This document shows positions 56,402 through 64,000 of a DNA stretch of 64,000 nucleotides, piece after piece. The notes below the pieces were generated by a model. The model ran no database searches, was not told where the DNA came from, and saw nothing but the letters and a program-made list of their open reading frames with translations. Location: the NCBI GenBank assembly GCA_007378955.1, contig VMGY01000007.1, positions 8,644-72,643 of the forward strand, written 5' to 3'. The translations under genes and the position numbers were made by a program. This DNA comes from Parcubacteria group bacterium Athens0714_12. GTDB taxonomy: Bacteria > Patescibacteriota > Patescibacteriia > UBA2591 > VMGY01. How positions within the stretch are numbered: position 1 is the stretch's first letter; the number at the start of each line of letters is the position of its first letter.

Positions 56402-56584
56402 CTATTTGATATAAGTTTTAACGGTTTTTTCAAAAGATTTTGATAATTTTTGGGGCTGGCGTTTTTTAAGAATAATTTTTCCCGCTTTTCTGGACCTAAA
56501 ATGATCCTGTCCGCAAAAGCGATGGATGACTTTTTTATTTTTGGTTATCCTAAATCTTTTTTTGATTGTTTTTGAACTTTTCAT
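56402..56584 (-). CDS. rpmI: 50S ribosomal protein L35
   Basis: KKRFRITK..K......GQ.H; between infC and rplT. Confidence 0.92.
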   Translation of the reverse strand: MKSSKTIKKRFRITKNKKVIHRFCGQDHFRSRKAGKIILKKRQPQKLSKSFEKTVKTYIK

Positions 56585-56586
56585 AA

Positions 56587-57090
56587 TTATTTTTTTCCAA
56601 TTAAGGCGATTAGCTTGTTTCCCTGCTTGCTTATCGGCTGTTCAATATTTATTTCTCCCAATTCTTTGATAAAATTTTCAACGATTACTCTCGCTATGTC
56701 AAAGCGGCTTTTCTCTCTTCCTCTTAAAATCATTTCTATTTTTACCTTATTGCCTTGCCCCAAAAATTTTTTTGATTGATTTAATTTTAATTGTATATCT
56801 CCTTTTCCGATTTTAAAACTCAGTCTGATTCCTTTTATTTTTATTTTTTCCTGTTTTGTTTTTTGTTTCTGCTCTTTTTTCTTTATTTCGTATTTAAATT
56901 GTCCAAAATTTAAAAGTTTTGCTACCGGAGGCGCGGCTTTGGGCGAGATTTCCACTAAGTCAAATCCTTTTTCTTTCGCCATATTTAAAGCTTCGGAGAT
57001 GGAGACAATGCCAAGATAGCTTCCTTTTTCGTCTATTAGGCGGACTTGAGGAACTCTAATTTGATTGTTAATTCGATAACGTTGTTGAAT
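56587..57090 (-). CDS. infC: Translation initiation factor IF-3, probable ATT start
   Basis: RINNQIR...VRLIDE.G, DLVEISP.A.PPVAK, KVK....RGRE; no ATG near the N-terminus, in-frame ATT at 57090 fits the known AUU start of infC. Confidence 0.95.
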   Translation of the reverse strand: MQQRYRINNQIRVPQVRLIDEKGSYLGIVSISEALNMAKEKGFDLVEISPKAAPPVAKLLNFGQFKYEIKKKEQKQKTKQEKIKIKGIRLSFKIGKGDIQLKLNQSKKFLGQGNKVKIEMILRGREKSRFDIARVIVENFIKELGEINIEQPISKQGNKLIALIGKK

Positions 57091-57119
57091 ATTTTTTAAA
57101 TTAAAAATAAGATGGCTTG

Positions 57120-57160
57120 CCGTCCGAAGCCCCAAGTGATAGCTTAGGGGCGAAGGATGG
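57120..57160 (-). repeat. Palindromic repeat abutting the tmRNA 3' end
   Basis: Minus strand ccatCCTTCGcccc...ggggcTTCGGacgg; same architecture as 11826-11867. Confidence 0.6.
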
Positions 57161-57503
57161 TGGAGATGATGGGAATTTAACCCATATCCAAAAAAGAGAG
57201 AGAAAAACTTCTACCAACGTAGTTTGATTTAAGTTTTCGGATTAGAAGTAGAAATCAAACAAAAATTCTTTCCAATCCAAACCTATTTTATTTCAGCAGC
57301 TTAAATTAGGTTTTTTAAGTTGCCTAATCCTATAAATATAATATCTAATTTCTTAATAGGAATAGGAAATTAAACAGCGACTTGCTTTACGCAGTCGCGT
57401 ATGCATAAGCGTTGTTTTTGGCACTTATGTTTTTAGCGGCTTTACGAACCGCCCAACGATTGGCCATTTTTGCCTCTGTTTTTTGTCGATTTAGATCATC
57501 CCC
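57158..57503 (-). ncRNA. ssrA: tmRNA; predicted tag (A)AKNNAYAYATA at 57422-57387
   Basis: 5' GGGGATG...TCGAC, 3' CATCTCCACCA with G3-U pair, tag ORF ending in Ala-rich C-terminus, adjacent to smpB. Confidence 0.93.
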
Positions 57504-57548
57504 GCGTAAATAACTTATAACTAATAACCTATAACTAACAATTTATAC

Positions 57549-57998
57549 TTAAAATTGTTTCATTTTTTGTTTTATTTTTTTGTCTAAATCTCGTTTTTTA
57601 ATGAACTCTTTTTTATTCCACTTTTTTCTGCCCTTGGCTAAGCCGATTTCAATCTTTATCAGTCCGTTTTTAGTATATACTTTTAAAGGCAGGGCTGTCA
57701 AGCCTTTCTGTTGCAGACTGCCGATTAAAGAAGCGATTTCCCGTTTATGAAGCAGGAGCTTTTTGTTTTTTAGCGGATTGTAATTTTTTTGAGCCGTAAA
57801 AGCCGGCGGGTAAGGCGCGATATGGCACTTAATGAGCCAAGCTTCGCGCCCAATAAGTTCAACATAACTGCCTTGAAGGTTTATTCCGCTCATTTTGGCG
57901 GATTTAACCTCTGGTCCGGAAAGAACCAGCCCGGCCTCATATTTTTTTAAGATTTCGTAATCAAAATAAGCTCGCTTGTTTTCAGCTAAAATAGGCAT
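57549..57998 (-). CDS. smpB: SsrA-binding protein SmpB
   Basis: AENKRAYFDY.I...YEAGLVL.G.EVKS, KLLLHK.EI, GLAKGRK; start reset to ATG 57998. Confidence 0.97.
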   Translation of the reverse strand: MPILAENKRAYFDYEILKKYEAGLVLSGPEVKSAKMSGINLQGSYVELIGREAWLIKCHIAPYPPAFTAQKNYNPLKNKKLLLHKREIASLIGSLQQKGLTALPLKVYTKNGLIKIEIGLAKGRKKWNKKEFIKKRDLDKKIKQKMKQF

Positions 57999-58042
57999 AA
58001 TTTTTATAAATTTTTTGAATCGCGAAACATTTAAAATCAATC

Positions 58043-58195
58043 TGTCATCGCGAGGAGCTTCCGGATTGCTTCCTGCCTCACCCCAGCGCAGGCGTTTCGT
58101 TCGCAATGACAGGGTAAAAGATTGTCATTGCGAGGAGCCCAGCAGGGCGACGCGGCAATCCCGTTCGTTAAGCCGCGGGATTGCTTCGGCTGACG
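58043..58195. repeat. GTCAT..GCAATGAC palindromic repeat cluster
   Basis: tgtcatcgcgagg...cgcaatgaca units; 58102-58195 is the exact reverse complement of 62037-62130. Confidence 0.9.
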
Positions 58196-58307
58196 GTATT
58201 TAGTATTTCGGATTTATTCCCATTATACCATCTTGCTTTGATTTTTAAAATTAGTTATTATAAAGGTATAGCATGATTCGTTTTAATTCATAATAATTCG
58301 CGAATTT

Positions 58308-59450
58308 ATGAAAATAGGAATTGATTGTCGGACAATTTTAAACCCTGAAAAAGGAGAAAGAGGCGGAGTGGGGCATTATACATATCAATTAGTCAGACAT
58401 TTGCTTAAAATTGATAAAGAAAATCAATACGTTCTTTTTTTTGACCGAAAAATAAGAGAACATAAAATGGCCAAGTTCCTCCAGCCCAATTCGCGGGTTA
58501 AATTTTTTCCCTTTATTCAATACGCTAAATTCTTGCCTCTCAAATATAATAATTATTTAATCAGCGCTGTTTTAGAGAGCGAGAAATTGGATATATTTCA
58601 TTCCCCGATTTTGTCGCTTCCTTCAAGTTATAAAGGCAATTGCGTGATTACCGCCCATGGCTTCGCCAGATACAGGGGTTTGAAATATTTTCCCAAAGAA
58701 GAATTTTCCAAAGCTAAAAAAATAAAGCCCTTGGCGATAAATCAAGCAAAGAAAATAATCGCTCCTTCTAAATTCGTCCAAAAAGAATTGCTTGAATTAT
58801 TTGATTTTAAAAAATCCGATATCTCAGTGATTCATCATGGCTTGGATGAAAGATTTCTCGTAAGGGGATCTGAAGCGGAAAGAAAAAAAATATTGGATAA
58901 GTATAAAATTAGTAAAAAATATATATTTTTTCTGGGCACTTTAGAGGCTCGCAAAAATATCGCTGGTTTGATTGAAACTTTTGAATTTTTAAGAGAAGAG
59001 TTGAAATTGGACTGGCAATTGGTTTTGGCCGGCCACCGAGGATTTGGGTTTAAAAATATTGATAACAGGATTAAAAAAAGCAAGCATAAAAAGAATATTA
59101 TTTTAACCGGTTATGTTTCCGGCGATGATTTAGACGCTTTATTCGGTGAGGCAGAGGTTTACATTTTCCCTTCTTTTTATGAAGGTTTTGGTTTGAGCGT
59201 TATTGAAGCGATGGCAAAGGGAGCGCCAATAATTACTTCCAATACCACCGCTTTTCCGGAGATTGCCCATAATGCCGCTTTATTAGTCAGTCCCGATAAT
59301 TCCAAGGAAATGAAAGAAGCGTTAAAAAGAATTTTATTTGATGAAGATTTAAAACAAAATTTAAAAAATAAAGGGATAAAGAGGGCTAAGGAATTTTCTT
59401 GGGATAAATGCGCTAAGCAGACTTTACAAGTTTATAAAGAATCTTTATAA
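58308..59450 (+). CDS. Glycosyltransferase family 4 (GT-B)
   Basis: MKIGID, GVGHYT, LGTLEARKN, FPSFYEGFGL..IEAMA.G.P, FSWDKCA. Confidence 0.93.
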   Translation: MKIGIDCRTILNPEKGERGGVGHYTYQLVRHLLKIDKENQYVLFFDRKIREHKMAKFLQPNSRVKFFPFIQYAKFLPLKYNNYLISAVLESEKLDIFHSPILSLPSSYKGNCVITAHGFARYRGLKYFPKEEFSKAKKIKPLAINQAKKIIAPSKFVQKELLELFDFKKSDISVIHHGLDERFLVRGSEAERKKILDKYKISKKYIFFLGTLEARKNIAGLIETFEFLREELKLDWQLVLAGHRGFGFKNIDNRIKKSKHKKNIILTGYVSGDDLDALFGEAEVYIFPSFYEGFGLSVIEAMAKGAPIITSNTTAFPEIAHNAALLVSPDNSKEMKEALKRILFDEDLKQNLKNKGIKRAKEFSWDKCAKQTLQVYKESL

Positions 59451-59550
59451 TAATTTTAAGCAGCATTCGCGCTCAGTAAAAATTTTATTAATTTAATTTA
59501 TAATTTATTTACGCGAAATTAAAATCTCGCGTAAAACAAAGGAGATAATT

Positions 59551-60093
59551 ATGCCGATTAGAAAATCTTCCGTGGATGAAAGAGAAAAAATATTAAATCT
59601 CGTTCATCGGGCGGAAAAAGAAGAAGCGAGTGTTCCCTTTATGCCCGCGGCTAAAAAAAGGTCGAATGGTTTTTTAAAAACATTGGCAATTGTCGCGATG
59701 TTGATATTGGTTGTTTTTATTATTATTTATGGCGTTTCAAAATATACCAAAACAGACTTTTTAAAATTAGGAAACTTAGGAAAGCAGACAGGCGAAACAT
59801 GGCAAGCTGTTTTTTTAAGCAACGGGCAAGTCTATTTTGGGCACATAACCAAACGAACCAAAGAAGAAATAACTTTGAAGGATATTTATTATTTGCAGGT
59901 TAACAAGCAAATTCAACCCAGTGAAGAAAACCAAGATATCCAGCCAGAGTTGAGTTTAGTGAAATTGGGAAATGAATTGCACGGCCCGGTGGATGAAATG
60001 AAAATTAATCGTTTCCATATTTTATTTACCGAAGGATTAAAAGATGATTCGCGAGTGGTCGGCGCTATTAAAGATTATAACACGAAAAAATAA
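59551..60093 (+). CDS. Conserved hypothetical membrane protein
   Basis: Single TM, WQAVFLSNGQVYFG...IYYLQ...LVKLGNELHGP. Confidence 0.8.
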   Translation: MPIRKSSVDEREKILNLVHRAEKEEASVPFMPAAKKRSNGFLKTLAIVAMLILVVFIIIYGVSKYTKTDFLKLGNLGKQTGETWQAVFLSNGQVYFGHITKRTKEEITLKDIYYLQVNKQIQPSEENQDIQPELSLVKLGNELHGPVDEMKINRFHILFTEGLKDDSRVVGAIKDYNTKK

Positions 60094-60213
60094 AAGCCTG
60101 CTTTTTCAGTAAAAATTATCCCATCATTTAATAAAAAAATGATGGGATTTTGTTTTGAAAATTTATTCACGTAAAAAATAAATCACCATTATTTTTTGAA
60201 ATTAATTTTTTGC

Positions 60214-60222
60214 TGTGGATAA
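60214..60222 (-). promoter_or_regulatory. Perfect DnaA box
   Basis: tgtggataa within gctgtggataact, identical context to 39682-39694. Confidence 0.5.
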
Positions 60223-60446
60223 CTCAATTTATTTTTTTAAAGCAATATTCCCGTATCGCTCAGCCGATACGGTTTTTTCGCTTAAAATAAGGGTTTTTTA
60301 CTCTTTTATTTTTTTTTAGATGATTTTTTCATTTCTCGTTTTTTTATTCTTTTTCCATATGGTAAAAGAACATTTTTTGTTTTATAATAAAGATAAGGAA
60401 AATAATAGAATAAAAGATTAAAAAATAACAATATCGCTTATCCGAT

Positions 60447-62018
60447 ATGGAAGAAAATAAAAGAAAAAACAATTCAAAAAATTTTTATTTTAAAACCTTG
60501 AAAGAAGAGGAAATTTTAACATTGAGAGATTTCCAAGGTGATAGAAATAAGCGTATTTTATTGTCCGAAATTTACCGATACACCCCTTACTCCCAAGAGT
60601 ACCTTTCTTTGAGGGCGAGGCAGGGAAAATTGAAAGCGGTTAAACTGGGAAGGGATTGGATGACCACGGTTAATTGGATGAGGGATTATTTGGACGGAGT
60701 TGATAATAATAAAAATATTGATAGCAAAACGCGGAGCGATAAAAAAATAGTTTTTCCATCTTTCAATAAAGTTTTTTTAGGGTATGGCGTTTTGGCGTTA
60801 ATCGTTTTTTGCCTCGTCTCTTACTCGGCGTTTTATTGGCGAAATTGGGCGCCGCAAGTAAAAAATAATTTTTTATCTTTGAGTTCGGCGGCGGAAAGAA
60901 ATTTTACGGACATATCAAAAATTTTTAAATCCGATTATCGCGATAAAACTGAAAAAATAGGAATGATGATTGTTGGCTCTTTAAAGCCAATGAAAAAATT
61001 TCCAAAAGTTTTATCAGAGGAAAGCGATTTGGCGAAAAATAAAATAATAACATTTAAAAAAAATATATTTTCTTTTTCCCAAAAATTAACAAAAGGAATT
61101 AAAGAAGAAATTAAAAAATCAATCGTAAAAGTAAAAGAAGAAAATTTAAAAGCTCGCTGCGCGGTTTTGCGAGCCGTAAATTTTAACTATAGAAAAATAA
61201 AGCAAATTATGGTTTCCAGCCAAAGAACCATTCGGCAAGTTGGCAATTTTGCGGACAATAGCCGATTAGCGGTTAGGGACAATTTTTTTAAAGCCGCGGC
61301 AAGATTATTTTTTTCTTTGGACAAGAGTTCAGAAATTTTAATTCTTGCCGGTAAAAATGCAAATCAATTTTTGGGAAATGGGACGGCAAATTTAATCTTC
61401 GCGGGCGAAAGAGGAACAAAAAATTTATTTTCCGCGTTAGATAATGGAGCAGAGGTTTTAATTTTTACTGTTGAAAAAGGAAAACAAAGTTTAGATAAAG
61501 GATTGGCAATTTTAGTTTCAATTAGCAGAAGCGGAACAAAAAGTTTGTTTTTCGCTTTAGACAGGGGGTCGGAAAGTTTAATTTCTTTTGGCGGGAATAT
61601 TCGTTGTTCCGTGAATGATAAAGGATATATGATTCAAGGTTCGGTAAAAAAAGGATGGTCAATTTCTAATAGTTTTCTGAGTAGAGCATGGAATAAATTC
61701 AGCGATAAGTTAAGCGATGGCTATTTAACCCTTTTGAATTATTTAATTCCGGAAAGAACTTTATACGGCTATCCTTCGCTGATTGCGAAATCGGAAAATG
61801 GCGGCGCGGCTGAAAACGGTATGGTTATTTTTCCTTTAATGGGGCAGGAGGGCATTTCGCGGAATAAATATCTTTTAGCCAAGATAGAAAAAGCTTTCAG
61901 CGACGAGGTGATATTAAAACCGTCAGAACAAAAAGGAGTGGGAATTGTGGAGCCGACCGAGCCGGCTGTTCCAGGCGAAAAATATCTTTATATGATGGTG
62001 CCGATTAATGAAAAATAA
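60447..62018 (+). CDS. Hypothetical protein with N-terminal excisionase-like HTH, TM helix and 40-aa internal repeats
   Basis: YSQEYLSLRARQGKLKAVKLGRDWMTT; TM near aa 110-130; LF.ALD.G.E.LI repeated every 120 nt. Confidence 0.7.
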   Translation: MEENKRKNNSKNFYFKTLKEEEILTLRDFQGDRNKRILLSEIYRYTPYSQEYLSLRARQGKLKAVKLGRDWMTTVNWMRDYLDGVDNNKNIDSKTRSDKKIVFPSFNKVFLGYGVLALIVFCLVSYSAFYWRNWAPQVKNNFLSLSSAAERNFTDISKIFKSDYRDKTEKIGMMIVGSLKPMKKFPKVLSEESDLAKNKIITFKKNIFSFSQKLTKGIKEEIKKSIVKVKEENLKARCAVLRAVNFNYRKIKQIMVSSQRTIRQVGNFADNSRLAVRDNFFKAAARLFFSLDKSSEILILAGKNANQFLGNGTANLIFAGERGTKNLFSALDNGAEVLIFTVEKGKQSLDKGLAILVSISRSGTKSLFFALDRGSESLISFGGNIRCSVNDKGYMIQGSVKKGWSISNSFLSRAWNKFSDKLSDGYLTLLNYLIPERTLYGYPSLIAKSENGGAAENGMVIFPLMGQEGISRNKYLLAKIEKAFSDEVILKPSEQKGVGIVEPTEPAVPGEKYLYMMVPINEK

Positions 62019-62023
62019 AATAG

Positions 62024-62145
62024 TGTCATCGCGAGGCGTCAGCCGAAGCAATCCCGCGGCTTAACGAACGGGATTGCCGCGTCGCCCTGCTGGGCTCCTC
62101 GCAATGACAATCTTTTACCCTGTCATTGCGGCAAGAAGCAATCCC
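62024..62145. repeat. GTCAT..GCAATGAC palindromic repeat cluster
   Basis: tgtcatcgcgaggcg...gaagcaatccc...gggattgccgcg...ctcgcaatgaca. Confidence 0.9.
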
Positions 62146-62169
62146 GAAGATAAATAATTTATAAAAATA

Positions 62170-63918
62170 ATGAGACAGAAAATATTAGTAATAGTATTAA
62201 TAATTTACCTGCTCTTTCCAATTCATTTAATTTTGGCCGAAATGACCAGCAGTAATTATAAAATAGAAGTTGATTCCCTGAATTTCAGCGGCGCCGAGCT
62301 TGACGCGGGCGATATTTATAAAATGAGTTCTACTTTGGGAGAAGTGGCAGTAGGTTATGGAAGTTCTGGTTACGCGATTTTTTCCGGCTACAGATATATG
62401 GTCAATGTATATTCTAATCCGGTTGAAGAAGCGGGAGCCGTTCCATCGGTTCCCGGGTCGGGACCGTTATCTCCGGAAACCATCCCCCCGCTTATTTCAG
62501 AAATTAAATATTCCAGCCCTGATAGCGAAACTATTATTATTGAATGGGAAACTAACGAGCCGACTACCTCGGAATTGGATTTCGGCCTGACACCGGAATA
62601 TGAATTGGGGAGATTGAAATCAAGGCCGGAAGATTTAACAAAAAAGCATAAAATTATTATTAAAGATTTAAAACCGGACACAAAATATTATTTCCGGCCG
62701 CGGGCGAAAGATTTGCAGGGCAACGAAACTCTAAGTAAAGGATTTATTTACGATACGCCGGATAATATCGCGCCAGCCAATGTAAGCTCTTTAAAAGCAA
62801 GATCAAATGATAAACAAATAACTTTGCGATGGATTAATCCTTTTGATGAAGATTTCGCGGGCGTAAAAATCCAGAGAAGTTTGGAATATTTTCCCTTGTC
62901 CGTTGACGAAGGCGAAACGGTTTATCAGGGCGAGGCAATGAGTTTTATAGATAAATATTTGGAGAACAACAGAAAATATTATTACACGATTTTTAGCTAT
63001 GACGGCAATAATAATTTTTCATCAGGCGCGATTATCAGCGCCGCGCCGCAAAGCCGGTATGTCCCGCCTGTCGCTCCGCCTGAAATTCCGCCAGGAGTCA
63101 TTCCTTCTGAAGTGGTCCCATTTTTACCGCCAGAATTTGCTCCGCCTATTCCGGAAGAAAATATAGAAATTTTGGATTTTAGCGATATTATATCTTTTGA
63201 AATGGCAAAAGGGACATTAAAGATTGAGCCGGATGAAAAAAATAAAATAAAAATTTTGCCTAATGTCGCCTTAAATCTTTTCATCGCCAAAGAAAAATTA
63301 TCGCCTTTTTTGAAAAGCATTATTGCGACTGTCGGGGAATCTTCTTATTTATTAAAAATTAATCAAGAAAAAAGCGTTTATGAAGTTTCCTTTATTACGC
63401 CCGGAAATGTCGGCAAATACGCTTTAAACGCTTTGGTTTTAATTTATAAAGACGGAAAAATTCAAGTGGCAAAAGGCGAGTTGGAAGTGGAAGAACCGGG
63501 TTATGTCTGCCGGCAATCAACGGCCAAAAGACTTCCCGGCGCCGAAGTAACGCTTTATCATTTTAATCAAGAAAAAAACGTTTGGGAAAAATGGCCAGCC
63601 AGCCAATATTTTCAAGTTAATCCGGAAATCACTGACAATAAAGGAGAATATATTTTTATGGTTAACCCCGGTGAATATTATTTAACAGTTTCAAAAGAAG
63701 GATATGATTTTAAAAAAACAGAAATTTTTGAAGCGAAAAATATAATCAATCAAAAAGTCGGTTTAGAGCCAATTCCGTTTTTTTCCAAAATTAAATCATA
63801 TTTTGACTGGCAGCCCATTATTGATTTTTTCGGCAACAGCGCAAGAGTCCTAATCGCGATAATAGTTTTTATAATAATTTTTTTGCTATTTAAATTAATC
63901 CCGTCGTGGAAATCATAA
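62170..63918 (+). CDS. Surface protein with fibronectin type III and carboxypeptidase-regulatory-like domains
   Basis: Signal peptide, MTSSNYKI..D, WETNEP...LKPDTKYYF, YYYTIFSYD, NP.ITD.KGEY.F.V.PG.YYL, C-terminal TM. Confidence 0.8.
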   Translation: MRQKILVIVLIIYLLFPIHLILAEMTSSNYKIEVDSLNFSGAELDAGDIYKMSSTLGEVAVGYGSSGYAIFSGYRYMVNVYSNPVEEAGAVPSVPGSGPLSPETIPPLISEIKYSSPDSETIIIEWETNEPTTSELDFGLTPEYELGRLKSRPEDLTKKHKIIIKDLKPDTKYYFRPRAKDLQGNETLSKGFIYDTPDNIAPANVSSLKARSNDKQITLRWINPFDEDFAGVKIQRSLEYFPLSVDEGETVYQGEAMSFIDKYLENNRKYYYTIFSYDGNNNFSSGAIISAAPQSRYVPPVAPPEIPPGVIPSEVVPFLPPEFAPPIPEENIEILDFSDIISFEMAKGTLKIEPDEKNKIKILPNVALNLFIAKEKLSPFLKSIIATVGESSYLLKINQEKSVYEVSFITPGNVGKYALNALVLIYKDGKIQVAKGELEVEEPGYVCRQSTAKRLPGAEVTLYHFNQEKNVWEKWPASQYFQVNPEITDNKGEYIFMVNPGEYYLTVSKEGYDFKKTEIFEAKNIINQKVGLEPIPFFSKIKSYFDWQPIIDFFGNSARVLIAIIVFIIIFLLFKLIPSWKS

Positions 63919-63930
63919 AAAAGTTCATTT

Positions 63931-64000
63931 CCCTGTCATTGCGAGCGAGGTCGCCAGTAGGCGGCCGACGAAGCAATCCCGTTGTCTATCGCGTCCCCGC
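63931..64000. repeat. Third GTCAT-type palindromic repeat (partial, runs off window end)
   Basis: ccctgtcattgcgagcga...gacgaagcaatccc. Confidence 0.8.

Noticed and set aside
57091-57135. IF-3 start at 57135
   Set aside because: This TTG lies in the repeat next to tmRNA; the in-frame ATT at 57090 fits the known infC start.
57999-58203. Long N-terminal extension of SmpB and the 75-aa ORF 57976-58203
   Set aside because: Both are read-through of the palindromic repeat cluster; SmpB homology begins at ATG 57998.
60094-60446. Replication origin
   Set aside because: AT-rich, but only one clear DnaA box and no dnaA/dnaN nearby.
1179-63320. Many 60-150 aa antisense or alternate-frame ORFs inside known genes (e.g. 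1179-1391, 15087-15533, 38440-38880, 51971-52429)
   Set aside because: Shadow ORFs of well-supported genes with no motifs or expression signals.
1-64000. CRISPR array
   Set aside because: No run of identical 23-47 bp repeats with unique spacers was seen and there are no cas genes. The repeats found are inverted pairs or heptamer tracts.
1-64000. Diversity-generating retroelement or retron
   Set aside because: No reverse transcriptase ORF. The 150-189/1046-1085 pair is only 40 bp, and one of its three mismatches is T/C.
1-64000. Alternative genetic code (UGA=Gly, code 25)
   Set aside because: Conserved genes are intact under code 11, and some end properly at TGA (pilC 39661, gatC 52818).

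Overview
AT-rich bacterial chromosome segment. Gene content suggests a Patescibacteria (CPR, Parcubacteria-like) genome: a VirB2/TrbC-type pilin cluster, GWAWSENIGW-repeat surface protein, cfa, and a complete type IV pilus locus. This assignment is inferred. The window holds ppdK-ferredoxin-porCDAB, pilT, rny-ymdB-hup, tsaC and thiI-like genes, an amrB-amrA fusion, an intein-split LigD phosphoesterase, cell-wall enzymes, comF-htpX, pilMNO-pilB-pilC-pilin with an inserted glycosylation cassette, ligA, gatCA, lgt, infC-rpmI-rplT, ssrA-smpB and five tRNAs. The main unexplained signal is a set of tiny elements bounded by 12-20 bp terminal inverted repeats (TIRs) and exact 4-bp target-site duplications (TSDs). 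Two carry only a ~100-aa GIY-YIG nuclease gene and no transposase (4713-5057, 33291-33606). Four are empty MITE-like forms (6533-6675, 8086-8159, 20895-20974, 48605-48743). Three of the six sit exactly on a host start codon and regenerate it. Other signals are in-frame palindromes inside proteins, a perfect 94-bp inverted repeat pair 3.8 kb apart, a relic island at tRNA-Gly, boxA-like leaders on orphan genes and a candidate anti-SD sRNA. All calls come from reading the sequence; no database searches were run.
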